Shown here: piece by piece, positions 23,747 through 31,612 of the stretch | Numbering within the stretch: position 1 is the first letter of the stretch | Layout: each line of letters begins with the position of its first letter | The notes under the pieces: model-generated | What the model was told of the DNA's origin: nothing | The model's database searches: none | The model's input: only the letters and a program-made list of their open reading frames with translations | IMG/VR virus record: IMGVR_UViG_3300014613_000070 | Span: 1-31,612 of that record | DNA from: a virus | Taxonomy: Duplodnaviria > Caudoviricetes | Reading direction: 5' to 3' (one strand) | DNA: 31,612 nt | Position numbers and translations under genes: made by a program

Positions 23747-24279
23747 TGCCAGAGATAGGTGATATTCGTAAAGGTGTAGAAACGGGGCATAAGGGCACTG
23801 GCAGATATATCTGGCATGCTTGCTTAGGTTGTGGTAAAGAGAGATGGATTTCAATAAGCGATTTTCGTTACAATCGGCGACTTAAATGCCATCATTGTGC
23901 GTCTCTCGGCAATAACTGGAATTGGAAGGGTGGGCGCAAGGAATGGAATGGGTATGTTTTTATACATCTACAACCCGATGATTTCTTCTATTCAATGGCT
24001 GATAGGAACGGATATGTAAGAGAACACCGTTTAGTTATAGCCAAACAGATAGGTCGTTGTCTTCAGTTGTGGGAAATCGTGCATCACAAAAATCATATAC
24101 GGAATGATAACCGAATTGGAAACCTTCAATTGGTCAGCGATGATAGGCATAAACAAATTACTGTGCTGGAAGTTAAAATAGATAGACTTCTAAAAGGGCA
24201 GGATGACTTGAGAAAAGAACTTCGGCTCTTACAGTTTGAGAATAAGCAGTTGCGTGAAAATCTATGCAAGGAAGCTTAG
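23746..24279 (+). CDS. HNH homing endonuclease between terS and terL
   Basis: GYVREHRLVIAKQIGRCLQLWEIVHHKNHIRNDNRIGNLQL. Confidence 0.9.
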   Translation: MPEIGDIRKGVETGHKGTGRYIWHACLGCGKERWISISDFRYNRRLKCHHCASLGNNWNWKGGRKEWNGYVFIHLQPDDFFYSMADRNGYVREHRLVIAKQIGRCLQLWEIVHHKNHIRNDNRIGNLQLVSDDRHKQITVLEVKIDRLLKGQDDLRKELRLLQFENKQLRENLCKEA

Positions 24280-25577
24280 CGCAATCAATCGCCTTGCTGC
24301 CAGAGCATGAGAGGCTAAAGACGCTCAAGAGCCTGACTGAGAAGGAAGCAGAATCATTACTGTATGACTGGGAGTTCTGGGCTAGGCCAAAGCAATTACC
24401 CCCGGACTGGGACTGGTATATCTGGCTTTTATTAAGTGGGAGAGGGTTCGGTAAGACAAGGGTAGGCTCTGAGCTGGTCATCAAGTGGGCGAGAGAAGGT
24501 TTTAGTCCCATAGCTTTAGTAGCAGCCAAAGCCTCAGATGCTAGAGACACCATGGTAGAGGCTGGTGACTCCTCTATATTGAAAGTTTCACCCCCTTGGT
24601 TTATGCCACACTACGAACCATCAAAGCGCCGGCTCACCTGGCCGAACGGAGTCATCGGAATCACCTACTCCGGGGAAGAACCTGACCAACTCAGGGGCAT
24701 GCAGCATCAGAAGGCTTGGGCGGATGAGTTAGCTAAATATAAATACCCACAGGATACTTGGGACCAGCTAATGTATGGTTTGAGGGCGGGGGAAAAGCCC
24801 CAGGCCGTAGTAACCACCACACCAAGGCCCATCAAAGTCATCAAGGATTTAGTCAAGGACTCTAGGACGGCGGTTACACTTGGTCATACCCTAGATAATG
24901 CGGATAACCTGGCCCCAGACTTCCTCAAATATATCCTGAGTAGGTATGAAGGCACTCGATTAGGAAGGCAGGAACTGGCCGCAGAGATATTGGATGATAA
25001 CCCCAATGCGCTCTGGCAACGCGGGAAGATTGACGAATTAAGAGTAACTAAGCATCCAGAACTTGCTAGAGTCGTGGTAGCTATAGACCCTGCCGTGTCT
25101 ACAGGAGATGAGAGCGCAGATACTGGCATTATAGTAGCAGGAATAGCTTCTTGCATGGGTGAGCTCCACGGCTACATACTGGACGACCTCACTCTCAAGG
25201 GAACGCCTAACCAATGGGCGACTGCTGCGGTTACCGGCTATTATAGAGCAAAGGCTGATAAGATAGTCGGCGAGGTAAATAATGGTGGCGATATGGTGGG
25301 CAACACAGTGAGGATGATTGATAAGTCAGTTCCCTTCAAGAGCGTTCATGCCAGTCGTGGCAAGTATGTCAGGGCAGAGCCAGTGTCAGCACTCTATGAG
25401 CAAGGCAGGATTCACCATCTAGGATTCTTCCCTGAGCTAGAGGATCAGCTTTGTGAGTGGTGCCCAGGCGATACATCACCAGACAGACTTGATGCCCTAG
25501 TGTGGGCGATAACCGAGCTGATGCTGGAGAAGCAGGTCTTAGGGCTTATGATAGGGAGCGCAGCAAGGAAGGACTAA
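24264..25577 (+). CDS. terL: Terminase large subunit
   Basis: Walker A GRGFGKT, Walker B WADELA, TTTPRP, nuclease VAIDPA and SPDRLDALVWA. Confidence 0.95.
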   Translation: MQGSLAQSIALLPEHERLKTLKSLTEKEAESLLYDWEFWARPKQLPPDWDWYIWLLLSGRGFGKTRVGSELVIKWAREGFSPIALVAAKASDARDTMVEAGDSSILKVSPPWFMPHYEPSKRRLTWPNGVIGITYSGEEPDQLRGMQHQKAWADELAKYKYPQDTWDQLMYGLRAGEKPQAVVTTTPRPIKVIKDLVKDSRTAVTLGHTLDNADNLAPDFLKYILSRYEGTRLGRQELAAEILDDNPNALWQRGKIDELRVTKHPELARVVVAIDPAVSTGDESADTGIIVAGIASCMGELHGYILDDLTLKGTPNQWATAAVTGYYRAKADKIVGEVNNGGDMVGNTVRMIDKSVPFKSVHASRGKYVRAEPVSALYEQGRIHHLGFFPELEDQLCEWCPGDTSPDRLDALVWAITELMLEKQVLGLMIGSAARKD

Positions 25578-25604
25578 TGAATATTAAGACATTGGGAGTC
25601 GAGT

Positions 25605-27617
25605 ATGTTTGATAATGTCCGCAACCGAATCGCTGTAGCCATAGCGCCTAGTAAGAAGGAAGCCATCAATCCCTTCGGCATCATTTCGATGCAGCCGGCG
25701 GACGTCCCAATCTACACTGACATGACGGTGCGCAGGGCGACCCGGGAAGGCTATAAGATAAGCGTTTATGTCTATCGCTCAATAAGAACCATCGTCCAGG
25801 CTGCCTCGGCAATACCCTGGGTGGTGCAGGATAGTAAGGGTGAACCGATAGAAGGGCATCCCTTGGCTAAAGTGCTGAAGAAACCTAACCCCGAATTCTC
25901 TGGACAGGACTTAATCGAGTTCCTGATTGCCCACCTTGAGTTGGTAGGAAACGCACTCTGGCAGCCGATAACCGTGGGCAACCAAGTAAGGGAATTCTGG
26001 ACGGTGATGCCCGACCTGGTGAGGCCGATACCATCGAACGTCCCAGGCGAATGGTTGAAGGGGTGGGAAGTAAGCAGTATAGATGGCCACCAGAGGATAG
26101 TGCCGCCCGAGCAATTTATTCACTTCATGCAGATGGACCCGGGGAATCCCTACTGGGGGACTTCGCCTCTTCTGGCTGCGGCTAGGACAATCGATACAGA
26201 CAACGAAGCCCAGGACACGCAAAAGGTATCGATGCAGAATCGGGCGACTCCAGATGGAGTATTCGCCCATGAGACCCCATTGACACAGGAGCAATTCGAG
26301 GAAGCTACCAGGCAGGTCAGGGAAAACTTCCTGGCCAAGGGTAAGAAGAGAGAGCCTTGGGTGTTAGGCGCTGGGGCCAAGTGGATTCAGATGAGCATGA
26401 CCCCAGTGGAGATGGACTTCATAGCTTCACGGCTACAAAACAAAAGGGATATTGCCGGTGCCTTCGGCATCAGCCCGATATTCCTGGGCGACCTTGAGCA
26501 GTCCAGCTATAACAATATGCAAGAGGCTCGCAAGGCTCTCTATGAAGATGTGGTGATTCCACTGCTGGACGATATCAAGGCGACGCTTAACCTGAAGATA
26601 GCGCCGATGTATGGTGATATCGTTATCGCCTATGACACCTCGAAGATTGCGGCACTCCGGGAAGACTACACTAAGAAGGTGGAGCAAGCCAAGAATCTCT
26701 GGGGCATGGGTGTCCCCTTCGACCAGATAAACGAAAGGCTGGAGATGGGCTTCGAAGAATTCGAGGGCTGGAGCCAGGGGTATCTACCATTGACCCTGCT
26801 ACCGACGGGGGTCTCTGGAGTATCTCAGGAAGAGATGTCATCGCCAAAGTCGAAGAAAGCCTTGAATCTGGACAATGAGGAGCAAAAGGCAACTCACTGG
26901 AAAAGGATAGACCGGCGTAGAATCGCATGGTGGGGCGTCGTGGCCAAGAAGATGGCGCCACTTTATGAGGCAGAAGCCGAGGCTATCATAAAGGCGGTTA
27001 AGGGTAAAGTGCCAGATAAGCTAGCAGAGGCTGCTTCTCGTGCCATACAGAGCGGGAGGTCTGACTGGGAGAAGACACTGATAGCCATATCGACCGCTCT
27101 TATCGAGGATTTTGGCAACGAGATAGCCGATGACCTGGGCGCCGAGAAGTCTGATAACCCATCTGAAAGCAAGTGGACATTCAACCCTATGAGTGCAGCA
27201 GCCCGGGCATGGATTATAAAAAACGGTGCCGAGAGCGTCACCACCATTATGGCCACGAACCTTGATGATATTAAGAGAGTTATCCTGGCTGGCGTCGATG
27301 AGAACATCGGCACTCGGAAGATAGCCATGAATATTAGGCAATTCTATACCGACCGCTCACCATTCAAGTCTATGCGCATCGCCAGGACTGAGACAAGCCA
27401 TGCGTCAGGCTTCGGCCAGCGAGAGGCAGCCAGACAATCTGGTGTAGTGAAGCAGAAAACATGGCTGACTAGCAGGGACGATAGAGTCAGAGATGCCCAT
27501 ATTGCTATGGAGGGCGAGACAGTGGATTTGAACGAGCAATATTCCGACGGGAGTATGTATCCCGGCGAGCAGGATATAATGTGCAGATGCGTAGAAGGAT
27601 ACAGAACAGGGAGGTAA
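25605..27617 (+). CDS. HK97-family portal protein fused to a MuF/SPP1 gp7-like head morphogenesis domain
   Basis: Portal motifs (GNALW, YWGTSPL, IAGAFGISP) in the first ~400 aa; C-terminal RIARTET, KTWLTSRDDRVRDAH and CRC. Confidence 0.9.
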   Translation: MFDNVRNRIAVAIAPSKKEAINPFGIISMQPADVPIYTDMTVRRATREGYKISVYVYRSIRTIVQAASAIPWVVQDSKGEPIEGHPLAKVLKKPNPEFSGQDLIEFLIAHLELVGNALWQPITVGNQVREFWTVMPDLVRPIPSNVPGEWLKGWEVSSIDGHQRIVPPEQFIHFMQMDPGNPYWGTSPLLAAARTIDTDNEAQDTQKVSMQNRATPDGVFAHETPLTQEQFEEATRQVRENFLAKGKKREPWVLGAGAKWIQMSMTPVEMDFIASRLQNKRDIAGAFGISPIFLGDLEQSSYNNMQEARKALYEDVVIPLLDDIKATLNLKIAPMYGDIVIAYDTSKIAALREDYTKKVEQAKNLWGMGVPFDQINERLEMGFEEFEGWSQGYLPLTLLPTGVSGVSQEEMSSPKSKKALNLDNEEQKATHWKRIDRRRIAWWGVVAKKMAPLYEAEAEAIIKAVKGKVPDKLAEAASRAIQSGRSDWEKTLIAISTALIEDFGNEIADDLGAEKSDNPSESKWTFNPMSAAARAWIIKNGAESVTTIMATNLDDIKRVILAGVDENIGTRKIAMNIRQFYTDRSPFKSMRIARTETSHASGFGQREAARQSGVVKQKTWLTSRDDRVRDAHIAMEGETVDLNEQYSDGSMYPGEQDIMCRCVEGYRTGR

Positions 27618-27619
27618 AT

Positions 27620-28600
27620 ATGGACAGAGAGCTAAAGACTTTCAAGTTTGAGGTCAAGGAAGTAGACGAAGATGAGGGAACCTTTACTGGCCATGCGGCC
27701 ACCTTCAGCAAGACCCCTGACAGTTATGGTGATATCATCGACCCTGGCGCTTTCACCAAGACACTGAAAGAAGGGGGAAAGCGTATCAAGAGTCTATGGA
27801 ATCATAGTGTTATGGAGCCTATAGGCAAGCCTGTTGAGATGGCTGAAGACGGCACTGGGCTGGCCTTTAAGATTAAGCTGAGCCTCGGCGTCCAGAGAGC
27901 TAGGGAAGTTCTCAGCTTAATGAAGGACGGGGTTATCACCGAGATGTCGATAGGCTATGACACCTTGAAGGAAACATACAAGGAAGGCACTAGGCACCTC
28001 CAGGAGGTGAGATTGTGGGACTTATCGCCGGTCACATTTGCTGCTAATCCCGAGGCTTTAATCACCAGCGTCAAGGCCGAGATGAAGCCATATCCCAACG
28101 AACACGCTTGCCGGCTCCGTAATCCCGATGACTTCCAGGATGGTAGCTTCAGGAGAACGACCAGGACGTCGGACGGAAAGAAATATTCTGTTATTATGGG
28201 GCGACTCGAAGGTGAGGACACCTTGACCGAGCAAGCATTTAGATACGATAAGGAAGTCTGGGAAGCGGGCGAAGCATCCGCCCATTGCAAAGACCATGAC
28301 GGAAAGTTCGAGGCTGCCAAAGAGCAGTCAAAATCAGGACGGGTCTTGAGTACCTCTAATCTTGAGAAGGTTAGAAATTCCCTTGAATCTATTCTATCGG
28401 CCGTCAAAAATCTCCAAGCACTTCTGGAATCAGCCGAGAAAGAGCCAGAGCCGGACAAGTCCACTTTACTCTCTGAAGTTGAAACGGGAGCCGCAGAACT
28501 GGAGGCTATAGTCGGCACACTCAAGGCCGAGAACGATGGCTTTGATACCAAGGAAGCTGATGAGCGTATCGAGGCCATACTTGCCCAACTGAGAAAATAA
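27620..28600 (+). CDS. HK97 prohead protease (S78) with C-terminal extra domains
   Basis: LWNH, EMSIGY and LSPVTFAANPEA motifs; GGAGG SD before ATG 27620. Confidence 0.92.
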   Translation: MDRELKTFKFEVKEVDEDEGTFTGHAATFSKTPDSYGDIIDPGAFTKTLKEGGKRIKSLWNHSVMEPIGKPVEMAEDGTGLAFKIKLSLGVQRAREVLSLMKDGVITEMSIGYDTLKETYKEGTRHLQEVRLWDLSPVTFAANPEALITSVKAEMKPYPNEHACRLRNPDDFQDGSFRRTTRTSDGKKYSVIMGRLEGEDTLTEQAFRYDKEVWEAGEASAHCKDHDGKFEAAKEQSKSGRVLSTSNLEKVRNSLESILSAVKNLQALLESAEKEPEPDKSTLLSEVETGAAELEAIVGTLKAENDGFDTKEADERIEAILAQLRK

Positions 28601-28618
28601 ACACTGAGGTGAAATAAC

Positions 28619-29809
28619 ATGGACCCAAAAGAAATTGCTAGACTAATCCAAGAAGCAGTAAGTGAACTGCACAAAGCCACGGAACGCCAGGACGCTGAGA
28701 TTAAAGCCCTTGGCGAACCGATGGGAGAGACTAAAGCGTCTGTGGACAAGATTAACGCTCGGATTGATGAGCTGGAAATTAAACTCCAGCGCCAGAGCTT
28801 ACCGGGTGCCGGTACCCCAAACTCGGAAGAGAAATCCGAAGAGGACAAGGCAAGGTCAGCCGCTTTCTATAAGTTCATGAGGGGTGGCATAGCATCAATG
28901 AACCCTGACGAGCGGAAGGCACTGGTCGAGGACACCGCCGGGTTATATCTGGTAACCCCAGAACTGGACACAGAGATTGTCCGTTCCCTACCCAAGATAA
29001 CTGTCATCCGACCTATGGCGGCTATCCGACCCATCAATAAGGAATCGCTGAAGATTCGTAGCATCAGCGAGGTAACCGTCGGATGGGGTAAGCTGGAGAC
29101 AGGCGGCAGCACCAATGAATCAAGTCATGTTCCGGGAGCACCCACCTATCAATATGCGGAGGACCTAATCGGTCTGACCAAGATTGGTAGGGATGAGCTG
29201 GCGGACTCGGATGTCAACCTTCAGGCTATACTGGCCGATTCGTTCACCAGGGCAATAGCTGAAGCAGAAGACCTGGCCTTTGTCAGGGGTGCAGGGCACT
29301 CTTCGGAAGAGCCGGAAGGTATCTGCATCAACACTACCCTAACCGGCAATACCGTAACTACGACCGCAGCGGCAGCGGTTACCTTTGAGAAGTTCATGGA
29401 GATGATTTACCAATGCCCTGCTCAGTACCGCAGGAATGGTGCTTGGGTGGTAAAGTCCTCGACTGAGTTAGCTCTCCGGCAACTCAGGTCGGAAACGGAC
29501 GCCACTTACAAAGGACGGTTTCTGTGGGAGCCCAGTTTGCAAGCTGGTGCGCCTAATACCTTCTTGGGATACCCGATTCATAATCAGGACGACATGAAGG
29601 AACTGAGCGATACGGCTCAGGTCATCGCCATTTTCGGCGACTTCAAGGCCGGCTACCGCATCATCGACCGAGCGGGAATCACCCTTGAGAGGCTTGGTGA
29701 GTTGTATGCTGAAGCGGGACTTGTGGGCTTCCTAGTTCACAAGAGAGTGGGTGGTGGCGTGATGAGGGCATCGCAGCAACCTCTAGTCCTACTGACCGAA
29801 GCAGCCTAG
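28619..29809 (+). CDS. HK97-fold major capsid protein with delta domain
   Basis: N-terminal coiled coil; GLYLVTPE, AEDLAFVRGAG..EPEGI, FLWEPSLQAG, FGDFKAGYRIIDR and RVGGGV. Confidence 0.95.
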   Translation: MDPKEIARLIQEAVSELHKATERQDAEIKALGEPMGETKASVDKINARIDELEIKLQRQSLPGAGTPNSEEKSEEDKARSAAFYKFMRGGIASMNPDERKALVEDTAGLYLVTPELDTEIVRSLPKITVIRPMAAIRPINKESLKIRSISEVTVGWGKLETGGSTNESSHVPGAPTYQYAEDLIGLTKIGRDELADSDVNLQAILADSFTRAIAEAEDLAFVRGAGHSSEEPEGICINTTLTGNTVTTTAAAAVTFEKFMEMIYQCPAQYRRNGAWVVKSSTELALRQLRSETDATYKGRFLWEPSLQAGAPNTFLGYPIHNQDDMKELSDTAQVIAIFGDFKAGYRIIDRAGITLERLGELYAEAGLVGFLVHKRVGGGVMRASQQPLVLLTEAA

Positions 29810-29831
29810 TAATAGGCGAAGCGAATAGGCA

Positions 29832-29862
29832 GTGAGGCGGGTGAAAATTAACGCCCGCCCAC
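29832..29862 (+). other. Intergenic hairpin after the capsid gene (attenuator or mRNA stabiliser)
   Basis: GGCGGGTG-AAAATTAA-CGCCCGCC; no strong U tract. Confidence 0.55.
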
Positions 29863-29881
29863 TTATCAATTGGAGGTAAAC

Positions 29882-30688
29882 ATGGTAGCAAAAATGCAAA
29901 GATTACATATTCCTGATGTTGGAGAGGCTGTCGTATATAAGGGGTCTGGACATCCCTTCGAGGCGGCTATGGATACCATCCCAGCAGGGTTCGACATAGG
30001 AGATTTAATTCGGCTGGGGAAATATACGTTTGTTCTGGGTAAACTAGGGGGAACGATAACTGGTACTGGCCTTGGTTTGAAAAATGGACTTGCCCAAGGT
30101 GTGGACCAAGTTGTACTGGGGGCAGTTGCTTCAGCTGGAGATAAAGAAGTGACGCTAACCACATCTGCCACATCAGGCAAAGCAGGGACGGGCTTGACTG
30201 AAGTAGATGATTACAAGGGAGGCACTATAGTCCTGTTCAAAGCTGGCGTGGATAAGCCTCAGATTCGTGGAATCACTGGAAATACAGCGAGAGCAGCTAC
30301 TGGAGCTGTAGATGTCACATTCGACCTTGACTCCCCCCTTACTCTTGACCTAGCAGTCACAGATGTAGGTGAGGCTATGCAGAGCCCGTGGTCATATCTG
30401 ATACAGGATAGCGAAATTAGTCATCCTGTGGTAGGCGTAGCTACGGTTGTAGGAACGTCTGGTCAATATATATGGGTTCAGACTTGGGGGCCAGTATTCG
30501 TATCACCCCAGGCTCTTGTGGGTGTGGGCGGAGCAGGTATAGGATGCTACTGGAGACACGACGGGTCTATCGATGTTTATGCAAATATCGGTACGTATGT
30601 GTCAACACAATATGCCGGATTTGTGCTCGCCGAGGCAATCGCTCATACCCAGGCAGCTCCGTTCTTTATGCTTCAAGTTATGCCATAA
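29882..30688 (+). CDS. Putative capsid decoration/cement protein
   Basis: Directly after the capsid gene; Gly/Thr/Ala-rich beta protein with GQYIWVQTWGP; GGAGG SD. Confidence 0.6.
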   Translation: MVAKMQRLHIPDVGEAVVYKGSGHPFEAAMDTIPAGFDIGDLIRLGKYTFVLGKLGGTITGTGLGLKNGLAQGVDQVVLGAVASAGDKEVTLTTSATSGKAGTGLTEVDDYKGGTIVLFKAGVDKPQIRGITGNTARAATGAVDVTFDLDSPLTLDLAVTDVGEAMQSPWSYLIQDSEISHPVVGVATVVGTSGQYIWVQTWGPVFVSPQALVGVGGAGIGCYWRHDGSIDVYANIGTYVSTQYAGFVLAEAIAHTQAAPFFMLQVMP

Positions 30689-30744
30689 GGAAGCCCTGCT
30701 AGCGGGGGTTCCTCCTTCGGAGGGGAGTAGAGATGCTCCCCTCC
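30689..30744 (+). other. Tandem intergenic hairpins
   Basis: GGAAGCCCTGC...GCGGGGGTTCC (30689-712) and GGAGGGGAG...CTCCCCTCC (30719-744). Confidence 0.6.
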
Positions 30745-30767
30745 AGTAGAATACAAATGGGGGAAAT

Positions 30768-30956
30768 ATGAGGATAAGAATACTCAAACATTTAATATCA
30801 GCCTTCGGTAGCATGGAGCCTGGGGCTGTGCATGATATCCCGGACAATATAGCTCAAAGCTGGTGCCGTGCTGGGATAGCCATGCAGGATAAGAGCCTTG
30901 ACGGTCCCAAAGAAGTCAAGAACAAACCGAGGCGAGCATCCAAGAAGAATAAATAA
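30768..30956 (+). CDS. Small head-associated protein
   Basis: MRIRILK...PGAVHDIPDNIAQSWCRAGIA with a basic tail; a common gene type after capsid genes. Confidence 0.65.
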   Translation: MRIRILKHLISAFGSMEPGAVHDIPDNIAQSWCRAGIAMQDKSLDGPKEVKNKPRRASKKNK

Positions 30957-30986
30957 TATCGGGAAAAATACCCGAGGAGGTAAACC

Positions 30987-31612
30987 ATGGCAGACTTTGT
31001 AAAAATAGCGGACAGAATGTATGAGGGGGCAAGCACTGACACCAAGCCCACCGGCGTCCCGAATGGGACTATCTGTAGATACACGGACACCAGAGAAGTC
31101 GTCATCACTTACGATGGCGGTACTACCTACATAAATGCAGATAAGCGTGTGAGGCTTGTTGAGGAAGATGGGTCTTACATTGATTTGCCAGGTGAATTTG
31201 CTACTCTTGTCTTGGCTTTACAGCAATCACTAGAATCACACATGGATGCTGGCGAAGCTACAGGCGGCGGTAATACCACCTTGGTTGACACAGGCAAATC
31301 CTGGGAAGTCAACATGTGGGCAGGTGCCACGTTTGATATCGTGATAGCAGATAAAGGATACCTTGGTGTAGTCGTAAGTAATACCGAGACCACACTAACT
31401 TTTGCTGCATTGGCAGGTGCTGCCGCAGTGGTTGCTGGTTGCCCGTACGGTCTCAAGAGAATCGTGAGGGTTGAGGACGTTGCAGCTTGGGGTGGCACAG
31501 ACCTTACCGGAGCAGATGTAACGCTATACTGGAAAGCACTTGTTGATGATGGCATCAAAGGTTTACTGAAGTCCATCGGTGACATCTCAACTGGCGAAAA
31601 CCTGGTAACCAG
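30987..31612 (+). CDS. Virion structural (head fibre-like) protein, 3'-truncated by the window edge
   Basis: GAGGAGG SD; MADFVKIADRMYEGASTDTKPTGVPNG...ATGGGNTTLVDTGKSWEVNMWAG; open to the window end, so missing from the ORF track. Confidence 0.75.
   Translation, partial: MADFVKIADRMYEGASTDTKPTGVPNGTICRYTDTREVVITYDGGTTYINADKRVRLVEEDGSYIDLPGEFATLVLALQQSLESHMDAGEATGGGNTTLVDTGKSWEVNMWAGATFDIVIADKGYLGVVVSNTETTLTFAALAGAAAVVAGCPYGLKRIVRVEDVAAWGGTDLTGADVTLYWKALVDDGIKGLLKSIGDISTGENLVT

Noticed and set aside
27955-28848. Minus-strand 297-aa ORF and similar antisense ORFs across the tape measure, portal and terminase genes
   Set aside because: Antisense shadows of well-supported + strand genes; Ser/Leu-rich with no motifs.
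31175-31585. Minus-strand 136-aa ORF
   Set aside because: Shadow of the + strand structural gene starting at 30987 that runs off the window.

Overview
The window is most of one tailed-phage genome (Caudoviricetes, siphovirus-like, HK97-type head), opened inside the head-tail connector region. Every credible gene is on the + strand. Order: neck/tail module with a -1 frameshifted tail chaperone and tape measure (1-7.8 kb); lysis genes, a permuted papain-like peptidase plus a holin (8.1-8.9 kb); terminator and promoter; early genes, including an XRE HTH, two tandem-repeat proteins and a Sak/Rad52-like annealase; a DUF5131 gene split in two by an HNH endonuclease; a structured non-coding element; replication initiator plus DnaC-like loader; an array of small genes each ending in the same DNA repeat; NinB/NinG-like genes; two DNA methyltransferases; terminase; portal-MuF fusion; prohead protease; major capsid; and decoration proteins. 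No integrase, repressor switch, tRNA, CRISPR array or reverse transcriptase was seen. The strongest unusual signals are: (i) a repeat-bounded one-gene-per-unit cassette array at 16.3-17.6 kb; (ii) repeated cases of an HNH-type insert flanked by two versions of the upstream gene's 3' end; (iii) the non-intron split DUF5131 gene; (iv) a ~140-nt rod-like RNA exposing an anti-Shine-Dalgarno loop. All family assignments come from motif recognition by eye and gene order, not from database searches.
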